Assembly: GCF_006345805.1 (NCBI RefSeq) | Contig: NW_021832419.1 | Span: forward strand, 1-60,924 | Source of the DNA: Octopus sinensis | Taxonomy: Eukaryota | Reading direction: 5' to 3' | DNA: 60,924 bases | Part shown: in pieces, positions 1-14,020 of the stretch | How the letters are laid out: each line of letters begins with the position of its first letter | Numbering within the stretch: position 1 is the first letter of the stretch | Position numbers and translations under genes: made by a program | Notes under the pieces: model-generated | Told to the model about the DNA's origin: nothing | The model's input: the letters and a program-made list of their open reading frames with translations, nothing else | Database searches by the model: none

Positions 1-156
1 ATCGCAGACGCGCGCTAATACCCAGAAGGTCTTGATATGAATCACGGCTATAAGATACCCGCTTTTGGTTAAACTGCACCGCAAAATGTGTAGTTAGGAA
101 TCTAAATCGGAGTAGACAGACTCTCACACACACAACTTAAGTTTTATATATAAAGA
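1..156 (-). mobile_element. Non-autonomous Helitron, 5' part (family H1), truncated by window edge
   Basis: Reverse complement matches the 5' part of the complete copy at 40028-40425 (TCTTTATATATAAAA...ATTTAGATTCCTAACTAC...GGTATTAGCGCGCGTCT). Confidence 0.8.
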
Positions 157-939
157 TATATATACACACATACATATTCGTATACATATACATATATATA
201 CAATACAACACAAATTACATTCCAAAGACTAGGCCTTCTGTTTAGGACCAGATAATATTGTAGGTCTGGTTTGTATGCTGACTCTCTACAAAGCTCAAGT
301 GCAAACACCGTAAGTATTCTACTCTCATATCTGAGACGGTGTTGCTGTTACACGTAAATATCTTCGTACGAACCCTTTCCAAAATGGTCATTCAAGTGAT
401 GAGCAAATGCTGACTTAATGGCTCACAGGTCTGCTGTTGTTTTTCACTTAACTAGTGGTACTAAAATTCTGGCTCTCAGAATTAGCAAGCTGCTTACCAC
501 CTCCACTCAAGCAGACCTCATACACCTGTCTCTCCTCGTTATCTGCACTCAATTGTATCTGAACCTCTACTTTAGGTTCTGTACCAAAAATTCTAGATTA
601 TTCCCTCCACCCCACCCTCGTTCATGTTTTTCAGTATGTATAAACAGACAGAATAACCAGCTGACTATCACCTGCATCGATTCTACCAGTGACAGAAAGC
701 TTGTGAATGCGACGGCTGCTATACACACATATATGCCAGTTAATGATAATCGAATGAGTTTTTGTTTTCTGTAGTGTTTCGGGCATATCTCCATTCCACC
801 CCCCCCACACACACACACAGATATGTGTGTATGTGGGAATATCGAAGAAGTTTCGATGGTCGTTTGAAACCATTTAATGCAAGTCAATAATGTTCTTGGG
901 TAAGGGATGGCCATCATTCATTCAGTTTATCGAAGAATA

Positions 940-1200
940 ATGATTTTAGCAATGGTACCGTCTCCTCACACTCCAGGGAAACAATACAGTTGATCGAAGC
1001 AACCTCAATATATACTTGCTATTTGTTTTATCGAGTCTGGAGAAATGAAAGACAAAGCCAACACCGGCTAGATTTCTGCTTGGAGTCTCAAAGAAATAAG
1101 GGTTTCTGATATAAGTACAAGAGCAGTAATTTAGGGGTAAAAGTTTAGTCGGTACTTATGACCTCAGTACATGACTGGTACTTTATTTGGTTAATATGCT
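940..1200 (-). mobile_element. Two degenerate SINE-B fragments
   Basis: Decayed matches to 'gtacttattttatcgac...gaaaggcaaagtcgacc' and to the short tail. Confidence 0.5.
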
Positions 1201-1453
1201 CTCTAGCGATGTAACAAAGTGGAAATAAATTGTCGTAAAAGATGAAAGTAAATTGCGATAGAACTCGAAAGTGTTAGTAGTCTCCTTCTCTGTACATTAG
1301 ATGAATTATTACTGGCAGAATCAATTGGCTCCCCCCGACCCAAAGGAAATGGTTCGTATAGTCCGAGTGAATCTACTGGAACACCGCCGTCGCTTTCCAA
1401 AATAACTCCTATACAGAACTCTAATATTTCCCTCTATTTAGCCATCTCACATC

Positions 1454-1501
1454 GTCTCTGATGAAAGGATATCTCTAATATCCCAGAAACAGCTGTAAGA
1501 C
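1454..1501 (+). ncRNA. Minimal type I hammerhead ribozyme motif (Penelope-type), copy 1
   Basis: gtct-CTGATGA-aaggatatctctaatatccca-GAAAC-agct-GTA-agac: stem I gtct/agac, stem II ggatat/atatcc, palindromic stem III ACAGCTGT, GUA cleavage triplet. Confidence 0.8.
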
Positions 1502-1518
1502 TAACTTACTCTTTATAA

Positions 1519-1569
1519 ATGTTCTGATGAAGGGATGTCCCTAATATCCTAGAAACAGCTGTAAGACAT
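1519..1569 (+). ncRNA. Minimal type I hammerhead ribozyme motif (Penelope-type), copy 2
   Basis: atgtt-CTGATGA-agggatgtccctaatatccta-GAAAC-agct-GTA-agacat, 66 bp downstream of copy 1; stem I has a bulge. Confidence 0.7.
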
Positions 1570-1924
1570 AGATCTTTCTCTATGGCTTATTAACCGCACA
1601 GGATTATTGCATTGCTTACATGTATCTGTGCTATCTATCATGCATCGACTTGCGAGCCACCGAATTGCCATCCCGTTGGTTTTCGTTGCTGGGCATAATA
1701 CGTTGGAACGGTGGACCTCATTTGCCATTTCTGAAATACTTAACCCATTACCGGAATGTATCAAACATGTAGACATGGTAAGATGAGGGAGACCTTTTTT
1801 TTTTATGAAATCCTGGTATGCTACTGTCGTCTCTTTTGGTTCTCACCGCAAATTACTTCCATTTTTTTTTTTAGAACAATTTACTTTCACTTTTTTTTAC
1901 GACGGTAAACTGCATGTTAAACAT

Positions 1925-2050
1925 TTATTTTATCGACTACAGAAGGATGAAAAGCAAAGTTAACCTCGGAGGAATCTAAACACAGAATGTAAAGTGCCTG
2001 AAGAAATACGCAACGCATTACTTTTGGTTCTGCCAGTTCGCCTCCTCCAT
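1925..2050 (-). mobile_element. Degenerate SINE-B
   Basis: 'tttatcgactacagaaggatgaaaagcaaagttaacctcggaggaat...ttctgccagttcgcc'. Confidence 0.65.
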
Positions 2051-2783
2051 CTTAATGAAATAACAGCACGCAGCTGTCTAATGACCTCAAATATTTATTG
2101 GCGTTTAGTTCGCCATGAACCGAGCGAGTCCTCAGCTAGGTTTCGTTTCCCAGTTGCAACCATTTTATTTCATTTACAAACATTAATGTATTTTCCAGGA
2201 AAAATGCATGAACGTCACGGCATTTACAGCTGAAGCTAATCTAAGAAAACATGATAGCAATACGGTTTCATCAATCCTTGCCGTAGGTTGTCGTAATCAC
2301 GCTTTACAACCAATGACTGACACAAACAAGTGAGATAAAAATCCCGGAGCTAATTCCAAGCTGAGGGTTGGGTATGCTTTTCTACTTACTCCGTCAAACA
2401 AAAAAACCGAAAGTGGGAAGGTGTAAGCAGTAATATAGAGGTTGTGATATTGGATTTCTTCAAAGGGGTCCATCACTCGAACTTGATGTTTAAAGGGATG
2501 CAAAAATGGCAGGGGCATACTGTCCCATGCGCATGCGCACATACAATGTTATATAGCTACCTATACGCATAGGATGGGAGGGTGTTAAAAAAAAAACACA
2601 TACACACACACACAAATGTACACGCGCATATACATACAGAAACACACAAAGGTATATATATATATATATATAAATATAATTCTTATTCAAGAAGGTTATT
2701 GACAAACACACACAAACATAAACACACACACAAACATTGGACTATATATCTCATTCTTATACAAGAATGTCGCTGACATGTGT

Positions 2784-2822
<39 letters not shown>

Positions 2823-3587
2823 TGTACATGTGTGTGCGGTTTGTATGTCTCCCTGTACGTGTGTGAGAGAGAATACCAAAAAAAGATATAGATTTAAAAG
2901 TACGTACGCAGACGTTCGTGCAGGCGTACGCACACAAACGCATATCCAAATAGACTGCATAAAAAGCTTGCGTTAGGGGTATACATTTTTAGCTTTTTAC
3001 TTTTTCTGGTCTTGTTTTATACTTAATGTTACGTATTCTCGTATGCTGTTGTTGTTGTAGTTGTTGTTTCACATTAGTTTAAACCCAAGATGAATCACTA
3101 GACAAATCGAAGGATCAAAGCAGGGGAAGCGAAAGCATCTCTTACACACACACACACACACACATGCACACACACACACTCGCGCGCGCGCGCAAACGTA
3201 TGCACACACACATATACACCCATGAACACATACATAAACCTGTGTATATACACACACACAGACCCATGTACACACACATATATACACCCATGTTCATTCA
3301 AGATCTTCTACATATAATACTCGATCTCATTCATGTTTAAACACGCACACACACACATAGACGCGCGCACGCAGATTATGTGGACAAAAAATTTGATCCC
3401 CAAAATTACTATGACCATACACTCATACACACAAACACACACACATACACACACACACATATGCACATCGGTGCGTTAATATACATTTTACACTAAGACA
3501 AAGCGTCACAGTCACAACTCCCCACTCCACTCTCAAGTGCCGCAAATATTTAAGCATCAATAATAATAATAATAATTATTATTATTA

Positions 3588-4480
<893 letters not shown>

Positions 4481-4717
4481 TTTAATAATGATAATAATAA
4501 TAATAATAATAACACAAAGCGGAATACATTCCTCTATTCCTCTATTCCCAAATGTTCTCCTCAACAAAGAACCAGCTCCTCCCCAAAGACACCCACCGCA
4601 CCAGACACACGTTATATCTTTGCCTTTCAAGATGTACAGATAGATAAATAATTCCATATGTAAGAACATCATCGTTTGGCAAACCCTTTTTTTAAAAATA
4701 ATTTTTTCGTAGATATG

Positions 4718-5072
4718 CAAACAACAACAACAACAACAGCAACAACAACAACAACAACAACACAACAACAACAACACCAACAACAACAAAAATGTCCTCG
4801 ACAACGATGATAGAAGCAGAAAATAACAACATTAGTAGTAGCAGAAGTAGTAGTCGCAGCAGCAGCAGCAGCACCACCTCCACCACCACCTCCACCTCCA
4901 CCACCACCACTGCTAACACCACCACCAACATCCACCACCACCAACATCCACCACCACCACCAGAACCACCACCACCGCCACCACCACCACCACCACCACC
5001 ACCACCACCGCCACCACCACCACCACCACTACCACCACCACGAATGGCACAACAGTAACAGCCGCAGCAGCC

Positions 5073-5112
<40 letters not shown>

Positions 5113-5122
5113 CAACAACAGT
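4718..5122. repeat. Compound trinucleotide microsatellite (CAA)n-(TAG/CAG)n-(CAC)n-(CAG)n
   Basis: Direct reading; explains the poly-Pro/Ser/Thr ORF at 4792-5058. Confidence 0.95.
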
Positions 5123-5801
5123 GATAACATTCTCCCTCTCATCAGTACAAAGTTAAATGTCAGATGCGTTGTAAAAAAAAGAAAAGAACACTAGTTCTAT
5201 CCCTCTTCTGGCACACATACAGGATTAAAGAGATAATCAGCCCAAGATATATTTTTGTCATTTTTATGCTAACAGCAACAATAAACCCGGCTGTTGCCGA
5301 TTGTGTTGAAATGTCTCTAATCAAGATTATTGCTGGCCGAGTCCTTCCCGGCCATAGGCAGTGGGAACATTGTGCAATTAATGAGTGTTGCATTAATTTG
5401 CTATGCTGAAATGAAATTCTCTTCAAGTGGTATTTGAAGGAGTTGGCCAAAGAGGGAAATACCTGTCGTCAAATCTTTCAGATGAAGGCCACGAAGTCCA
5501 CCACATCATTCTTTTTGCCATTACCCCCAAGGAGCGGCAAGAGGAAAATTATCGGCCCTACCTTGCCAAACAAACGTGACTCATAGATTCTAGCTGTAGA
5601 CTTGGCTTGTATTCGGATTCATCCAATAAATACATTTGTAACACATCCCACATTCCTCCCGATTTCCTTTTTACCTTACGCGCGTACCTGCTGTCCTCTC
5701 CTTACTTCCGCTCTTCCCCCTTGGATACTTACGATTAGACACACATCAACATTGCACACGTTCACTAACCCACCCTATAATACTTCCATACTTGCACGCC
5801 T

Positions 5802-5842
<41 letters not shown>

Positions 5843-6010
5843 GCATTCTTCTTCATGTTCATCTCAAAGCATAACTACGTGATACACCCCGCCCTTCCCA
5901 TCCCTTTTTAACTACCTCCATAGAATCGGATTCCTTCTTGGCCCTTAACTTATCACCCATTTATTTTTCTTATCAACCACTTTTCCTTTTTCACATTCCC
6001 CCTTTAATTT

Positions 6011-6047
6011 TTTTCTGAAGAAGGACTTGCATCCGAAGCGTCAAGAC
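6011..6047 (+). ncRNA. Degenerate Penelope-type hammerhead motif
   Basis: tttt-CTGAAGA-aggacttgcatcc-GAAG-CGTC-aaga; GAAA is mutated to GAAG; follows a pyrimidine-rich tract. Confidence 0.5.
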
Positions 6048-6482
6048 ATTTTTACTACCTTTTAATGCCATGAACTAATACAATATTTGTTTAAATTTGT
6101 CTCTCTTTTGTTGCCAATTTGTTTTAGTTCATTGCCCTCGTAATATGCATCCCTATTGTATGTATGTGTGTATGCATGATTGCACACACATATATTCTAA
6201 TATATCGTCGCTTCATCACGATGATACATGCATAGATACATGCATACATGCATACATACATACATACATACATACATACATACTTACGTACATACATATA
6301 CCTTACATTCCATTGCCTCCTCTGGAAGCAGAAATAGTTTCAATAACTCAAAAGTATATTTTGTATGGTATTTAATATAACTTTATTCCTCTATGTTGTT
6401 CGGATACATTCCACTGGTGACTCTGAGGCATTTGTCACAGAACATTTCCGCTTATTTACTGAATTACCTGCTGATTGTTATA

Positions 6483-6698
6483 CAGGCTGTCCCAGAAGTT
6501 GCGCACCACTGTGGTTTTTAAAAAGAATACATCCTTATTGATTTCAAAAACACTTTATTGAAATTAATTAATCGTAAAAAATGCTCAAATTGAGCACCCT
6601 CTACAATAAAACATGCAGAAAAAATATAATAAAATGAAATGCTTTAATTATCTTAAAAATATAAAACCAGAATGGTGAGCGACTTCTGGAACACCCTG
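6483..6698. mobile_element. Tc1/mariner-type MITE
   Basis: Imperfect TIRs caggctgtcccagaagttgcgcacca / tggtgagcgacttctggaacaccctg, with TA on both sides. Confidence 0.8.
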
Positions 6699-6965
6699 TA
6701 TAGTTTAAATTCCAACATTAATGGTTTTATCAGTTATAAAATCATTCCCTGTAAAGTGTACAAGCAACACGCCATTATTATCTACTACTTTATCCTGACG
6801 ATGCGACTGTGACGGTCTAGAAAAGTTAGTAGACGAATAGATTTAAAGATACCGCAGTTCGAGAAATTTTAATGCGAAATATGAAACTCGAGTTCTCTGT
6901 CGTCTCTATTAATATACTTATGCAAATATATGTATTATTAAACATTAAGATACATACATGCGCAT

Positions 6966-7054
<89 letters not shown>

Positions 7055-7539
7055 TAATATATATACATACCACTGGTGGTGCCCCAGCATGGCCATAAAC
7101 TTGGGGCTGAATCATATAAAAGAATACCCACGTACGTAAATAAATGCATACATACATACATACATACATACATACATACATACATACATACATACATACA
7201 TACATACATGTGCTTGCGTGTGGGGAGTTAAACTTAATGACGAGAATGACAACATGTGAGCTAAACTGAAAACAAATTATGTTTATTTCGTTTTTAATAG
7301 TCAATGAAAGTATCTTTGACGTTTCGCGTTTAAGTTGTTCTTCAAAAGTTAGATGGGAAAATGTAGAGGAAGAGGGGAAAAACGGGAGCAACGGGAAAAT
7401 AGGCGTCATTTTAAAATTATACATGTATCCATAAATGTATGCTAATACATAATCACATGTATGTGTTTTTGCATATATGTACACACACACACACGAGCGC
7501 GCGCACACGCATAATCTTATTGCATATATGCAATGCATT

Positions 7540-7752
7540 AGCTGTCAGAAACATTTGCATGTCGGACAAAATGTTTAGTGGCATTTCGACAGTCTTTACA
7601 TTCTGAGTTCAAATTCCGCCAAGGTCGACTTTGCCTTTCATCATTTCAGGGTCGATGAAATAAGTACCGGTTACGCACTGGGGTCGAGGTAATCGACTAG
7701 CTCCGACTCCAAAATTCCAGGCCTTGTCTCTTTAGTGGCAAAGACAATTACT
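7540..7752 (+). mobile_element. SINE-B monomer, short tail
   Basis: 'ttctgagttcaaattccgccaaggtcgactttgcctttcatc...gtcgatgaaataagtacc'. Confidence 0.8.
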
Positions 7753-8164
7753 AATATACAACTTCATACAAACACACCCACACCCAACCACACACAACCA
7801 CACACAGCATACACATGCATGACCGAGTGCGTTTCTATAAGTTAATGTTCTTTCCGTGTACAGGATGTAAATAGCTTTTGCAGAAACCAAGTCACAGCAT
7901 TCATCCCATGCGCCATAACATCATTCACCCACCTAAACGGCATTCACTAATTAATGTCTTTATATGAAAATTTATGAAATGTCCCCTCAAATATTGTTTA
8001 CAATACGAGCCCTGTGTAGAAGAGTCCAATGGGACCAGGGAATTTTCTGTTAAAGAAATTAACTTTACGGAATAGCGTAGCTGTTTCCATTATTGACCGA
8101 CCAAGGATATATATATATAGGATTTGACGTCCCAGCATGGAGTTAGTAAAAATATCATTAATAA

Positions 8165-8697
8165 GTATAGACGGCAGAATTGGATGAATGTCTGAGAAAA
8201 TACCTTGTGGTATTTAGTTATAACTACTTATGTTCTGAGTTCAATTTCCGAAGTGGGGGAAAATATAATGTTTTTAAACTCTTTGGGGGGTCGATAAAAT
8301 AAATGTTGTTGTAAGTAAAGAGTCTCTGTAACGCCACCTTAATAATAATAATTTCAAATTTTCCATAAGGGCAACAATTTTGGGGAAGGGGATAAATCAA
8401 TTACATCGACCCAAGTGTTCAACTTGTACTTGTTTTATCGACCCCGAATGATGAAAGGCAAAATCGACCTCGGCGGAATTTAACGTAAATTCAGGCGAAA
8501 TACCGCTAAGCATTTCGTCCAGCGTGCTAAAGATTCTACCAGCTCGCGGCCTTCAATAATTATTTCAAATTTTTGTCACTAGTGCAGCTTGGAGGAAGTG
8601 GGGATAAGTCGATTACAACGACTCCGGTGTTCAACTGGTACTTATTTTATCGACCCCGAAAGGATCAAGATGAAGTCGACCTCGGTGGAATTTGAAC
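8165..8697. mobile_element. SINE-B cluster (degenerate + copy, then two - copies)
   Basis: Core motif at about 8235 (+), 8440 (-) and 8650 (-). Confidence 0.75.
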
Positions 8698-8698
8698 A

Positions 8699-8729
<31 letters not shown>

Positions 8730-8888
8730 GGTGCAGGAGTGGCTGTGTGGTAAGTAGCTTGCTTACAATGGTCCCAGGTTCAGTCCCACTGCATGGCACC
8801 TTGGGCAAGTGTCTTCTACTATAGCCTCGGGCGAACCAAAGCCTTGTGAGTGGATTTGGTAGACGGAAACTGAAAGAGCCCCGTCGTA
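8730..8888 (+). mobile_element. SINE-A 5' half
   Basis: tRNA-like head ggtgcaggagtggctgtgtggtaag...ggttcagtccc, then 'ccttgggcaagtgtcttctactatagcc'; ends at a microsatellite. Confidence 0.85.
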
Positions 8889-8894
8889 TAAATG

Positions 8895-8929
<35 letters not shown>

Positions 8930-10775
8930 ATGTAGCTCTTCCTTTACCGCTCTTATTTCTTCTTCAAGGTGTACTTGATAAATTTGATGTAAAACTGATA
9001 ATTCCTTATATAGATAAAGATCAACGCTTGTATCGAACTCAGTATTTGATCGGTATTCTATATTATCGACCCTGAAGGATAAAAGGCAAAGTTGATCTGG
9101 GTGGGATTTGAACTCAGAACGAAAAACAATCAGGACAATTACACTCCAATGATTTTGCCAATCAGACGATCTTGATAGAAAAATTAGAATGACAAGCACT
9201 ATTATTTTTGACAATGATTTTTCTCGCTTTTAGGATGTATCAAATATCATTGAAAATGGAAGCGAATTAGAATCAATGATTTTTCTCATGATCTTATTTT
9301 ATATTAATTTAATTAATTTATTTATTTGCAGCACACCTCCTTCACTTTCAAAACAATTATTTCAAAATTTCGGATTTTACAAAGAGTATTAATTTTAAAC
9401 AGTAATTCTGCTTTAATTCTTATTTATATTTTTACTGAACGTATGTCAAATTAACTATAGATTCTATCACTTCAAGTATTATTACATCAATTCTTTTTAG
9501 TGACCTTATGGCTGTAATTCATACACTTGACGTCTTCCTGACACTTCTCAACTTATCTTGTTCACTGCTCCTTAATGCTAGTTGTCTCCCGTTATCACAC
9601 TATCGATGATTTAACAGCCATGCCTTGTTTGTTCATTTTTGTGCTGTCTGGCTTCCTCCTCCGTCAATCATGTTTCATTGATGTTGATATGATGATACAA
9701 AGTTTGGTGTCTTGAGACTCAATATTACTAGACAACTAGCGTTCATAACACTTTCCTACTGTGATATTCTTACCTATCCGAGCAACATTGCTATGTTTTA
9801 TTCATTTCATTATTGTCTTATCGCCGCAGACCTCATCATCGCAGCTGTCATTGCTGTCGACCTCGCAACGGTTTCACTACAATCAATACTAATATCATGG
9901 CGAACGCCGTAGTGAAGTTCTTAATAAATCTAGTTTAGAGACTCGATTTCGGATCAAACTTGGAATCATTTGGCGACTAACGTAAATTGTAAAATCAATG
10001 CTCATCCTATCATTTGTAGATAAACTTTCACGTCCTGTCAATATGTTGGTTATTAGTGTTGCACTTGCTGCAAAATAAATGGGCGTTCTACCCAACTTAA
10101 GCCCGCATCTAGGCAGGGTTTCTTACATAATTTCTTATTTCTTTATTGACCACATTCTTTTGCTTCAGTAGAGACACAAGTTTAGTCTCTCTCTCTCAAA
10201 CTTTCTGACTTTAAAAAGATATAGAAAACAACTAAACGTGATATCGACCCTGAAAGGATGAAAAGCAAGTAATAATAATAGTAGTAGTAGTAGTTGTAGT
10301 AGTAGTAGTAGTAGTAGTAGTAATAATAATTAGGGTGATGATGATGACGATGATGATGATAATAATGATTCCGGAGCATTTTTACCTACACTGTGTTGCG
10401 AAGGAGTAATAATAATAATAATAATAAAGACATTTCTGTCGGTGGTAGCAGTCAAGAGAAACAGATAATTTCGACCAGATAAAATCTCCAGAATATCCTT
10501 TGACAATTCGAAATAAACGTCTAGTCGAATCGTTAATAAGCCACGCGGGACAGAGAGAGAAAGAGAGAGGGAGAGTGTGAGAGAGTGAGAGAGAGAGAGA
10601 GTGTGTGGGAGAGTGAGAGAGAGAGGGAGGGAGAGAAAGAAAGGAGGACTGGGGCATTTTTGAGGACATATATACATTTGTGTGTGAGTGGGTGTTTGGG
10701 TATGAGTGGGTTTTTGGGTGTGAGTGGGTGTTTGGGTGTGAGTGTGTACGTGTGCGCGAGCGAGTGTTATATAAT

Positions 10776-11153
10776 CTTTACATGTCTCAGTCATCAGACT
10801 GCGGTGTCATGCTGGGGCACCTCCTTGGAGAAATTTTAGTCAAATGAATCGACTCCCCCCAGCAATTATTTTTTTTACAGCCTGTAATATTCTCTCGGAT
10901 TATTTTGACGAACCGCTAGATTACGAGACGTAAACACACCAACACCGGTTTTCACACACACACACACACACACCACACACACACACACACATGTATATAC
11001 AGGATGGGCTTCTTTCAGATTTCCGTCTACCGAATCTACACATAAAGCTTTGTCGGCTAAAGGCTGCGCAAAGTGTCACGCAATGGGACTGAACCCGGAA
11101 TCATGTGGTTGAGAAGTTAGCTTCTTATTACACTGCACAGCCACTCCTGCACC
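10776..11153 (-). mobile_element. SINE-A, full length, diverged
   Basis: Head 'cagccactcctgcacc', central (CA)n, tail 'cagtcatcagactgcgg..catgctggggcacc'. Confidence 0.8.
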
Positions 11154-11384
11154 TATTGTATGTCTAATTTCCTAATTTAGAAAACGATTTAACATGACAA
11201 TTATAAAGAAACGTTTTATGACTCATTTAATACGTAAACAAATCCGTGTGAAAAAAAGACAAAAACAGATTGCTTATCTTTCTGTGTCTCTCATGCGCTC
11301 AATCACACACACACACACACACACAGAGCTACTTCTATTACTTCGTGTTTGCTGTAATTCGGCATTGATTATTTCAAATATTGA

Positions 11385-12240
11385 TTCCAAATTTTGGCAC
11401 AAGGCCAGCAATTTTGGGGAGGAGGTAAGTCGATTTCATCGACCCCAGTACTCAACTGGTACTTATTTTATAGTTCCCGAAACGACGAAAGGCCAAGTCG
11501 ACCTCGGCGGAATTTGAACTCAAAGGCGGACGAAATACCTATTTCTTTACTACCCACAAGGAGCTAAACACAGTGAGGACAAACAAGGACAGACAAACGG
11601 ATTAAGTCGATTATATCGACCCCAGTGCGTAACTGGTACTTAATTTATCGACCCCGAAACGATGAAAGGCAAAGTCAACCTCGGCAGAATTTGAACTCAG
11701 AACGTAACGGCAGACGAAATACCGCTAAGCATTTCGCCCGGCGTGCTAACGAATCTGCCAGATCGCCGCTTTAATCGTTTTTCTTTTTAATATTCCTTTC
11801 TACTACAAGCACAAGCCTGAAATTTTTGGTGAGGGGGGAAGTCAATTAAATTAAACCCACTGTTTCACCGGTACTTAATTTATCGACCCCGAAAGGATAA
11901 AGGAAGGCAATGTCGACCCCGGCGGAATTTGTACTCAGAACTTAAAGACGAATAAATTACTGCTAAGCATTTCGCCCGGCATGTTAACGATTCTACCTTT
12001 TTTTTTTTAATATTCCAGCTGCTAAGGTGTGGAACTGGCAGAATCGTTAGCATGCCAGGCGAAATGCTTAGCGGTATTTCGTCCGTCTTTACGTACTGCG
12101 TTCAAATTCCGCCGTGGCCGATTTTGTCTTTCATCCCTTAGGGGTCGAGAAAATAAATACCTGTTGAGAACTGTGGTGAATGCGATCGACTTCTTGCTCA
12201 TAAACTTTCAGGCCTTGTGCCAAAATATGAAATCAATATT
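11385..12240. mobile_element. SINE-B cluster: - dimer (11385-11769), - monomer (11795-11997), + monomer (12025-12240)
   Basis: Repeated A/B boxes and core; the last two copies are head-to-head. Confidence 0.85.
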
Positions 12241-12439
12241 ACTCTCTGGAAAATAACATTCAGCAAGCAGTCTGACCCAAAGAGGGTGTCCCTACATGGT
12301 TACTCGATTCATTGTATATTATAGTCCTGGGTTTCCTGCATTGGAGAAATACGAAATGTTACGGATTGATTGCTTGAGAATAACTTGATAACTGAATTAG
12401 TTTTCACTGACGGCTGCCTTCTCATTAAAAGCATCTTCT

Positions 12440-12545
12440 CGTGTTTTGCTCAAGAATACTACGCATTACCCGGTCCAGGAATCGAAACCACAATCTTACG
12501 CTCGACGTGAGTGCAACGCCCTTAACCACGAAGCTATACACCTCT
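12440..12545 (-). mobile_element. SINE-C 5' fragment
   Basis: Reverse complement of 'gtggttaag...aagattgtggtttcgattcctggaccggg...ttcttgagcaaaacac'. Confidence 0.7.
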
Positions 12546-12555
12546 AACCACCCCC

Positions 12556-12791
12556 TATGTATGTATGTATGTATGTATGTATGTATGTATGTATGTATGT
12601 GTGTGTGTATGTACGTATGTATGTATGTATGTATGTATGTATGTATGTATGTATGTATGTATGTATGTATGTTTGCGTATGTATGTATGTATGTATGTAT
12701 GTATGTGACGTATGTACGTATGTATGTATGTATGTATATTATGTATGTATGTATGTAGTATGTATGTATGTATGTATGCTGTATGTTTATG

Positions 12792-12823
<32 letters not shown>

Positions 12824-13301
12824 TGTTTGCGTATGTATGTATGTAGTTATGTATGTATGTATGCATCATGTATGTATGTATTATGTATGTATGTATTATG
12901 TATGTATGTATGTATGTACGTATGTATGTATGTATGTATGTATGCATGTATGTATGTATGTATGTATGTATGGTTTGCGTATGTATGTATGTATGTATGT
13001 ATGTATGTATGTATGTATGTATGTATGCATGTATGTATGTATTTATGTACGTATGTATGTATGTATGTATGTATGTATGTATGTATGTTTGCGTCGTATG
13101 TATGTATGTATGTATGTATGTATGCATGTATGTGATATGTATGTATGTATGTATGTATGTATGTTGTATGTATGTATGTTTGCTATGATGTATGTATGTA
13201 TGTATGTATGCATTATGTATGTATGCATGTATGTATGTAGTGCATGTATGTATGTATTTATGTATGTATGTATGTATGTATGTATGTATGTATGTATGTA
13301 T
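12556..13301. repeat. (TATG)n tetranucleotide array
   Basis: Direct reading. Confidence 0.97.
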
Positions 13302-13470
13302 GAGTATTTGGGTGCTGAAGAAGTAACGTAAGAGGACCCATGTTGAGTTTTAATCTTTTGTAGGTTACCGAGGTATTTGATATTTGGCAACATATCAAAA
13401 TACAAACTAACTTACAGTAAAAGGTTCGTATGTCTTATATCACATTGTCAAGACATGTTGCTCTTCTAAA

Positions 13471-13503
13471 CATCATACATACATACATACATACGGACAT
13501 ACA

Positions 13504-13535
<32 letters not shown>

Positions 13536-13987
13536 AGCAAACATACATATATACATGCATACATACACGCACGCATATATACATACATACATAAATGCAC
13601 ACATGCACACGTACATATATACATACCTACGTACCTAGATACATAATGCCTACATACATACACACGTACATACATAATACATACATACTCACACACACAA
13701 ACATACCCATACATACACATATACACACTCATACATAGATACACACACATACATACACACATACATACATACACACATACATACATACATACATACATAC
13801 ATACATACATACATACATACAAACATACATACATACACACATACATACATACAAACATACATACACACACACACACACATACATACATACAAACATACAT
13901 ACATACATACATACATACATACACACTCAAACATATATACTTACATACATAGATACACACACATACATACACACATTCACATCCATC

Positions 13988-14018
<31 letters not shown>

Positions 14019-14020
14019 GT
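13471..14020. repeat. (CATA)n/(CA)n array
   Basis: Direct reading; inverted relative to the preceding (TATG)n. Confidence 0.95.

Noticed and set aside
2528-2539. Perfect NRF1 palindrome TGCGCATGCGCA
   Set aside because: Readily generated by drift in alternating purine-pyrimidine repeats, which are abundant here
4792-5058. Proline-rich ORF (formin/extensin-like)
   Set aside because: Pure trinucleotide microsatellite; no splice context or non-repetitive domain
6790-6900. Hammerhead with long stem II (CTGACGA...GAAACTCGAGTT)
   Set aside because: Stem I does not pair and stem II is undefined; at most a decayed PLE relic
9560-9910. Coding-looking unique stretch on the minus strand
   Set aside because: Short frames with stops and no recognisable motif
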